Assembly: GCA_965218975.1 (NCBI GenBank)
Contig: OZ244717.1
Location: 1,792,001 to 1,856,000 of the forward strand
DNA from: Candidatus Oxydemutatoraceae bacterium
Lineage (GTDB): Bacteria; Pseudomonadota; Gammaproteobacteria; Poriferisulfidales; Oxydemutatoraceae
DNA length: 64,000 nt
Reading direction: 5' to 3'
In this document: piece after piece, positions 59,516 to 64,000 of the stretch
Position numbering within the stretch: position 1 is the first letter of the stretch
Layout: every line of letters begins with the position of its first letter
Translations under genes and position numbers: made by a program
The notes under the pieces: model-generated
What the model was told of the DNA's origin: nothing
What the model saw: the letters and a program-made list of their open reading frames with translations, nothing else
Databases searched by the model: none

Positions 59516-60646
59516 TCAATTCAAGCGGATACGCTGCCCCCACGGCGCTTCTGCTTTGCCTTTCACCAGCCACAATACCGGATAAGGCGGTGACCTAGGG
59601 GGAAACTTCGCTTGCGCATCAGTTAAATATATAAGTACGTCGGGCAACACATCGCGCGTTTCAACCCAGTCGAATACCGGTTTAAAACTGGTTCCGCCGC
59701 CGCCTCGCACCGCCGCAGGCAGCGTTACTTCCTCCCAAGGTGCATAAATCCACGGTGCGCCGTCGGCAAGGCGATTATCGCATGCCAGCAGAGTGATACG
59801 CGCGCGAATAAACGATTTAATCGCACTAATCTCAGATAAAAATTCTTGCATTTCGCAATCGTGAATCGAACCGCTGACATCCACGGCGGCGGCGACGTCG
59901 CTCTGGTGACTGCGCAGGCTCGGAAAAATCGCCGAACCATCGCGGCGGTTATTCGGTCGCGAGTAGTCGTAATTATCCCGCGCGGTCAAATGCAAATGAT
60001 GCGCAAGCAGCTGTCGCCACGGCAATCTTGGGCGGATGGAAGCGTTGATTAAACGCCCCATTGTCGCGCTAAATCGTCCGGCTTGCTTAGCGTACCGCGC
60101 GGCGCTGGCAAGGCGCTCTTGCCAGCGCAATTCAAGCTCGAAACGAGACTGCGGCGATAACGGCGGCGGCTTATCGGAATCGGGGTCACCGTTATCCCAG
60201 ATGTGTTCATCAAGCAAGGGTGCATCGGTCAACGTATCCAAGCACGTATAAATTTCTTCGGCGCTCATGTCGTCAAACATTTTGGCAAAAAGTATCTCTC
60301 GCGGATGCGGCAATCCTTCTTTGACCAAGATGCCGTTCACCGCATAATCGCAAGCAATATCCCATCGCCGCTCAATGCGGTGACCGTGTCTCGCAAAATG
60401 CCCCAACGCACAGTGCAGCGATTCATGCGCAAATACGAACCGCACTTCTTCATCGCTCAGTCGATCAATATATTCCGAATTGTAATAAAATTTCTCGGCA
60501 TCGGTTGCGGTCGTGCGGCACCAGTTCGCTTCTTGCCAATCGAGGCGCAATACCAACACGCCGAGAAAAGGATAATCCAAAATCAGATGAGCGCGCGCCG
60601 CACTCAAACGCTCGTATATATCTTGCTGTTTTCCGCCGAACGACAT
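59516..60646 (-). CDS. DUF2201 metallopeptidase-VWA protein
   Basis: TTATD, HESLH (HEXXH), WDIACDYAVN, DVSGSI MIDAS motif, GGGGTSF. Confidence 0.88.
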   Translation of the reverse strand: MSFGGKQQDIYERLSAARAHLILDYPFLGVLVLRLDWQEANWCRTTATDAEKFYYNSEYIDRLSDEEVRFVFAHESLHCALGHFARHGHRIERRWDIACDYAVNGILVKEGLPHPREILFAKMFDDMSAEEIYTCLDTLTDAPLLDEHIWDNGDPDSDKPPPLSPQSRFELELRWQERLASAARYAKQAGRFSATMGRLINASIRPRLPWRQLLAHHLHLTARDNYDYSRPNNRRDGSAIFPSLRSHQSDVAAAVDVSGSIHDCEMQEFLSEISAIKSFIRARITLLACDNRLADGAPWIYAPWEEVTLPAAVRGGGGTSFKPVFDWVETRDVLPDVLIYLTDAQAKFPPRSPPYPVLWLVKGKAEAPWGQRIRLN

Positions 60647-61686
60647 TAGCTTAGCATTAAGTCGGAAACCGAATCCGCCCAAGGAACGAACTGCGGCACC
60701 GCAAACAAATCTTGCCCTAAAATACGATACAAATCAACGACCATCATCACCGCCATTTCTTTATGCGAGAAGCGGTGCGCATAATCCAAAATATGCCCAC
60801 AAGCTTTGATGCCGCACAGCTGCCGCTTGACTCGCATCATCTGTCCGACCAATGCGCTGGCAATCGCATACTGTAAATCTATCTCTTCGGGAACCGCAAC
60901 TTCCGCACCGGGTAAAATTGCCGACAAATCAGGCATCTTATCGGCATTTTCAATAAAAGCAGGCAATTCGATACCGGACGCTTTGCCGACACAGGCTTGG
61001 AGCGCGGACAATAAAAATGCCGGCTGATCGCCAAACTTGCGCAACGCACGGTCGGCAAACTCCCATGAACGCGGGGGCGGAAAGGCGACCGGGTTTTGCT
61101 GCGAGTCGAAATCGAACAAGAGACCGGAACGGAACCTTAGAAAACTGATAATTCGTTCGTCAATTCCATAATCAAACGCCCATACGACCCAATCGTCAAG
61201 ATGCACGTCTATTTCAAAATGCGAAAACCGATTTGCCAAAGGCGACGGCATCGTATAAGTAATCCCGCAATCGCCTTCACGATTTCCCGCGGCAAAAATA
61301 GCCCATCCGTCGGGGACCGCATAACTACCCAAGCGACGATCAAGAATTAGTTGATAAGCGGCAGTGGAAACGTTCGCCGCCGCCGAAGTGATTTCATCCA
61401 AAAATAAAATGCCTGCCGCACCGTGTCGTTCGGCATTAGGCAGCATCGCAGGCGGCGCCCACTCAACCACGTCGCCGCAACGAAACGGGATGCCGCGTAA
61501 ATCGCTCGGTTCCATTTGCGATAAACGAACATCCGATACCGGACAATGATACCGCACCCCGACTTGCATGACAATTTGCGATTTGCCGACACCTGGGGGA
61601 CCCCAAATCATCACCGGCGTATGCTGCCGTTCGGCAGCCCCGGAAAATTCCTTGCTGAGAATTTCAAAAAGATGGCTCGGACGCAT
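60646..61686 (-). CDS. MoxR-like AAA+ ATPase
   Basis: WGPPGVGKS, LFLDEI, AAYQLILDRR, AAGNR, PLANRF. Confidence 0.9.
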   Translation of the reverse strand: MRPSHLFEILSKEFSGAAERQHTPVMIWGPPGVGKSQIVMQVGVRYHCPVSDVRLSQMEPSDLRGIPFRCGDVVEWAPPAMLPNAERHGAAGILFLDEITSAAANVSTAAYQLILDRRLGSYAVPDGWAIFAAGNREGDCGITYTMPSPLANRFSHFEIDVHLDDWVVWAFDYGIDERIISFLRFRSGLLFDFDSQQNPVAFPPPRSWEFADRALRKFGDQPAFLLSALQACVGKASGIELPAFIENADKMPDLSAILPGAEVAVPEEIDLQYAIASALVGQMMRVKRQLCGIKACGHILDYAHRFSHKEMAVMMVVDLYRILGQDLFAVPQFVPWADSVSDLMLS

Positions 61687-61712
61687 CGGAGTGAACTTCT
61701 TTGTTTCTAGTG

Positions 61713-62153
61713 CTACGAATGTCGTTTTGCCTTACGCATCCAATAGGCTGCCGCCGCCGAATCTTTCTTAACCGACTTGCCTTCCTCATACATCAATGCC
61801 AGCGTCATTTGCGAGCCGACTAAATCTTGCTCGGCGGCGAGCGTAAACCAATGCGCCGCTTGTTCGCCGTCCGGCTCAACGCAATCGCCTTCAAGATACA
61901 TGAAACCAAGCCCATGCTGCGCCCACGGATGCCCTTGTTCGGCGGACTGGCGCATATACGCAAGCGCTTTGGCGGCGTTGACTGTCGTGCCGAGACCATT
62001 CTGATACATAATCGCGCAACGATACAATGCGTCCTTGTCACCCTTTTCCGCCAATGGCGTCAATAAACGCAGCGCCTGAGAAAAATGCTTGCTTTCAAAA
62101 GCGGAAATGCCGCTGGCAAGCGTCATCGCATTGTCGATTTCTCGAAGCGTCAT
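61713..62153 (-). CDS. Sel1-repeat protein
   Basis: Three SLR units, e.g. AQHGLGFMYLEGDCV..A..WF..AAEQ. Confidence 0.88.
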   Translation of the reverse strand: MTLREIDNAMTLASGISAFESKHFSQALRLLTPLAEKGDKDALYRCAIMYQNGLGTTVNAAKALAYMRQSAEQGHPWAQHGLGFMYLEGDCVEPDGEQAAHWFTLAAEQDLVGSQMTLALMYEEGKSVKKDSAAAAYWMRKAKRHS

Positions 62154-63079
62154 ACCCGACCGAATTCCTCACCTTCTTTTTTAACGACGGCCATATCTTT
62201 GCCGCTTAATCCGAACATCAATAATGCCGCGCCGGCGATATAAATCGAAGAATAGGTGCCGATAATAACCCCCGCCATCATCGCAATCGTAAACGGCGCG
62301 ATTCCCTCGCCGCCAAAAACAAGCAATGCGACCAACACCATCAGGGTCGTCAACGAAGTAATCAACGTACGTGCCAATGTGCGATTAATCGATAAATTCA
62401 CGATCTTCTCCGGCAGCGCCTTTTTTTGTTTCAAGAAGTTCTCGCGGATTCTATCGTACACCACAATCGTGTCGTTCAACGAATAACCGATCACGGCAAG
62501 CATCGCCGCCAGCACACTTAAATCAAAATTGATCGCCGTTAATGAGAAGAATCCCAAAGTCAAGACGACATCGTGCACTAAGGCAATGACCGCGCCGAAA
62601 GCAAAGCGATATTCAAAACGAAACGCGACATACACCAGAATCCCGATCAGGGCGTATAATAAAGCTAGTCCTCCGTCTTCACGCAATTCTTCACCCACCT
62701 TCGGTCCGACAAATTCGACCCGCCGCAGCTGCACCGCCGGTTCGTCATGGCGCAATTCCCGCAACATAAAATCGCTTAGATCAGACTGTCGGCGCGTATC
62801 GTCCGGCGCCAAACGCACAACGACGTCTTTGCCGCTGCCGAAATGTTGCGCTTCAAATTCTTCAAATCCGGCAATACTCAAGCGATTGCGAATCTGCTCA
62901 AGTTCGACGGTTTCGGGATAACCGAGCTCAACAACAATACCGCCGGTAAAATCCACTCCGAAATTCAGTCCGCGCAAACTGATCAATGCAATTGAAATAA
63001 TAAACAACGTCAATGAAATTCCGGCGTAAAGCCGACGATACCGCATGAATTGAATTTTCGTGTCGCGAATAAAACGCAT
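62150..63079 (-). CDS. secF: Protein translocase subunit SecF
   Basis: GLNFGVDFTGG, EFVGPKVGEEL, IGYSLNDTIVVYDRIRE. Confidence 0.96.
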   Translation of the reverse strand: MRFIRDTKIQFMRYRRLYAGISLTLFIISIALISLRGLNFGVDFTGGIVVELGYPETVELEQIRNRLSIAGFEEFEAQHFGSGKDVVVRLAPDDTRRQSDLSDFMLRELRHDEPAVQLRRVEFVGPKVGEELREDGGLALLYALIGILVYVAFRFEYRFAFGAVIALVHDVVLTLGFFSLTAINFDLSVLAAMLAVIGYSLNDTIVVYDRIRENFLKQKKALPEKIVNLSINRTLARTLITSLTTLMVLVALLVFGGEGIAPFTIAMMAGVIIGTYSSIYIAGAALLMFGLSGKDMAVVKKEGEEFGRV

Positions 63080-63096
63080 CGTTCCTTTCCTTTTGA

Positions 63097-64000
63097 TCAA
63101 ATCGCAAGCGCCGAGTCTTTTTTACGACCGTAAATCAAATTCACGACCGCGCGGGTGCCCATAATTGCGGTAAACATCGAGCTAATAATTCCGATCGATA
63201 ACGTAACAGCGAATCCTTTTATCGGACCGGTGCCAAAAACAAATAATACCAATGCGGCGATTAAAGTGGTTACGTTGGCATCGGCGATGGTTGAAAGCGC
63301 CCGCTGATAGCCCAACGCGATACTCGCACGATGCGTATTGCCGCTATCGACCTCTTCGCGGATCCGTTCAAAAATAAGCACATTGGCATCGACCGCCATA
63401 CCCACCGTCAATACAATTCCGACAATTCCCGGCAGGGTCAAAGTCGCTCCCGGGATCAAAGACATCGCCGCAACAATTAAAAAGATATTTAATACCAATG
63501 CAAGATCGGCGATCAACCCGAATAAGCGATAATAAATTCCGATGAAAACTACCACCAATAAAAAGCCGAGAACAATCGAACGTTGCCCTTGATCGATATT
63601 CGCTTGTCCCAGACTCGGGCCGATGGTGCGTTCTTCAATAATCTCCAGCGGCGCCGCCAAAGCGCCGGCACGCAATAACAATGCCAGCTTGCGCGCTTCG
63701 GTCGAACTGTCCAAACCGGTAATTTGAAAACGCTTGCTTAACCGCTCTTGAATGCGCGCGACACTGATGACTTCCTCAATCGTACGGCGCTTTTTTTGTA
63801 AGACACCCTCTGCGTCGCGAAACGTCTCAATCTTATTTTCAATAAATACCACAGCCATTAGATTTTTGACGTTCCGAGCAGTAACTCGAGAGAAAATCTG
63901 CGCCCCTTTGCCGTCAAGGGTAATAAAAACTGCCGGACTGCCGGTGTTGCCGTCAATCCCGGAAGCGGCGTCGATAATATATTCACCGGTCAACATTACA
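63097..64000 (-). CDS. secD: Protein translocase subunit SecD (5' part outside window)
   Basis: LRAGALAAP, IGPSLG, GMAVDANVLIFERIREE, TIADANVTT. Confidence 0.96.
   Translation of the reverse strand, partial: VMLTGEYIIDAASGIDGNTGSPAVFITLDGKGAQIFSRVTARNVKNLMAVVFIENKIETFRDAEGVLQKKRRTIEEVISVARIQERLSKRFQITGLDSSTEARKLALLLRAGALAAPLEIIEERTIGPSLGQANIDQGQRSIVLGFLLVVVFIGIYYRLFGLIADLALVLNIFLIVAAMSLIPGATLTLPGIVGIVLTVGMAVDANVLIFERIREEVDSGNTHRASIALGYQRALSTIADANVTTLIAALVLFVFGTGPIKGFAVTLSIGIISSMFTAIMGTRAVVNLIYGRKKDSALAI

Noticed and set aside
1-64000. tRNA or rRNA genes
   Set aside because: No cloverleaf or rRNA-like sequence recognised in the intergenic regions by eye

Overview
Gammaproteobacterial chromosome, probably a host-associated sulfur oxidiser (dsrS, cysG, cbbQ, PPi-type PFK; inferred from gene content only). 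In order: a non-flagellar type III secretion operon (sctF-G-I-J-K-L-chaperone-N-O-P-Q-R-S-T, running off the left edge); pfk-cbbQ; a lipase-fold candidate effector; the collapsed relic of a giant adhesin; a tandem array of small coiled-coil/TM genes; an IS1595 element (24-bp IRs, 8-bp TSD) carrying a BglII/BstYI-type R-M operon; a 9153-aa Calx-beta/FN3/cadherin adhesin with GlyGly-CTERM; a second, oppositely oriented array of the same small genes whose spacers are decayed IS481 ends; pal; a DoxX-DUF692-DUF2063 cassette with no visible precursor; an IS1634; and secD-secF-Sel1-MoxR-VWA-dsrS-hyp-cysG. The most unusual signal is the two arrays: 14 mosaic DUF1640/CCDC90-like paralogs, 12 of the 13 with an intact start having a TATnnT -10 box exactly 6 nt before the ATG (apparently leaderless cassettes). 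All calls come from reading the sequence; no database searches were run.
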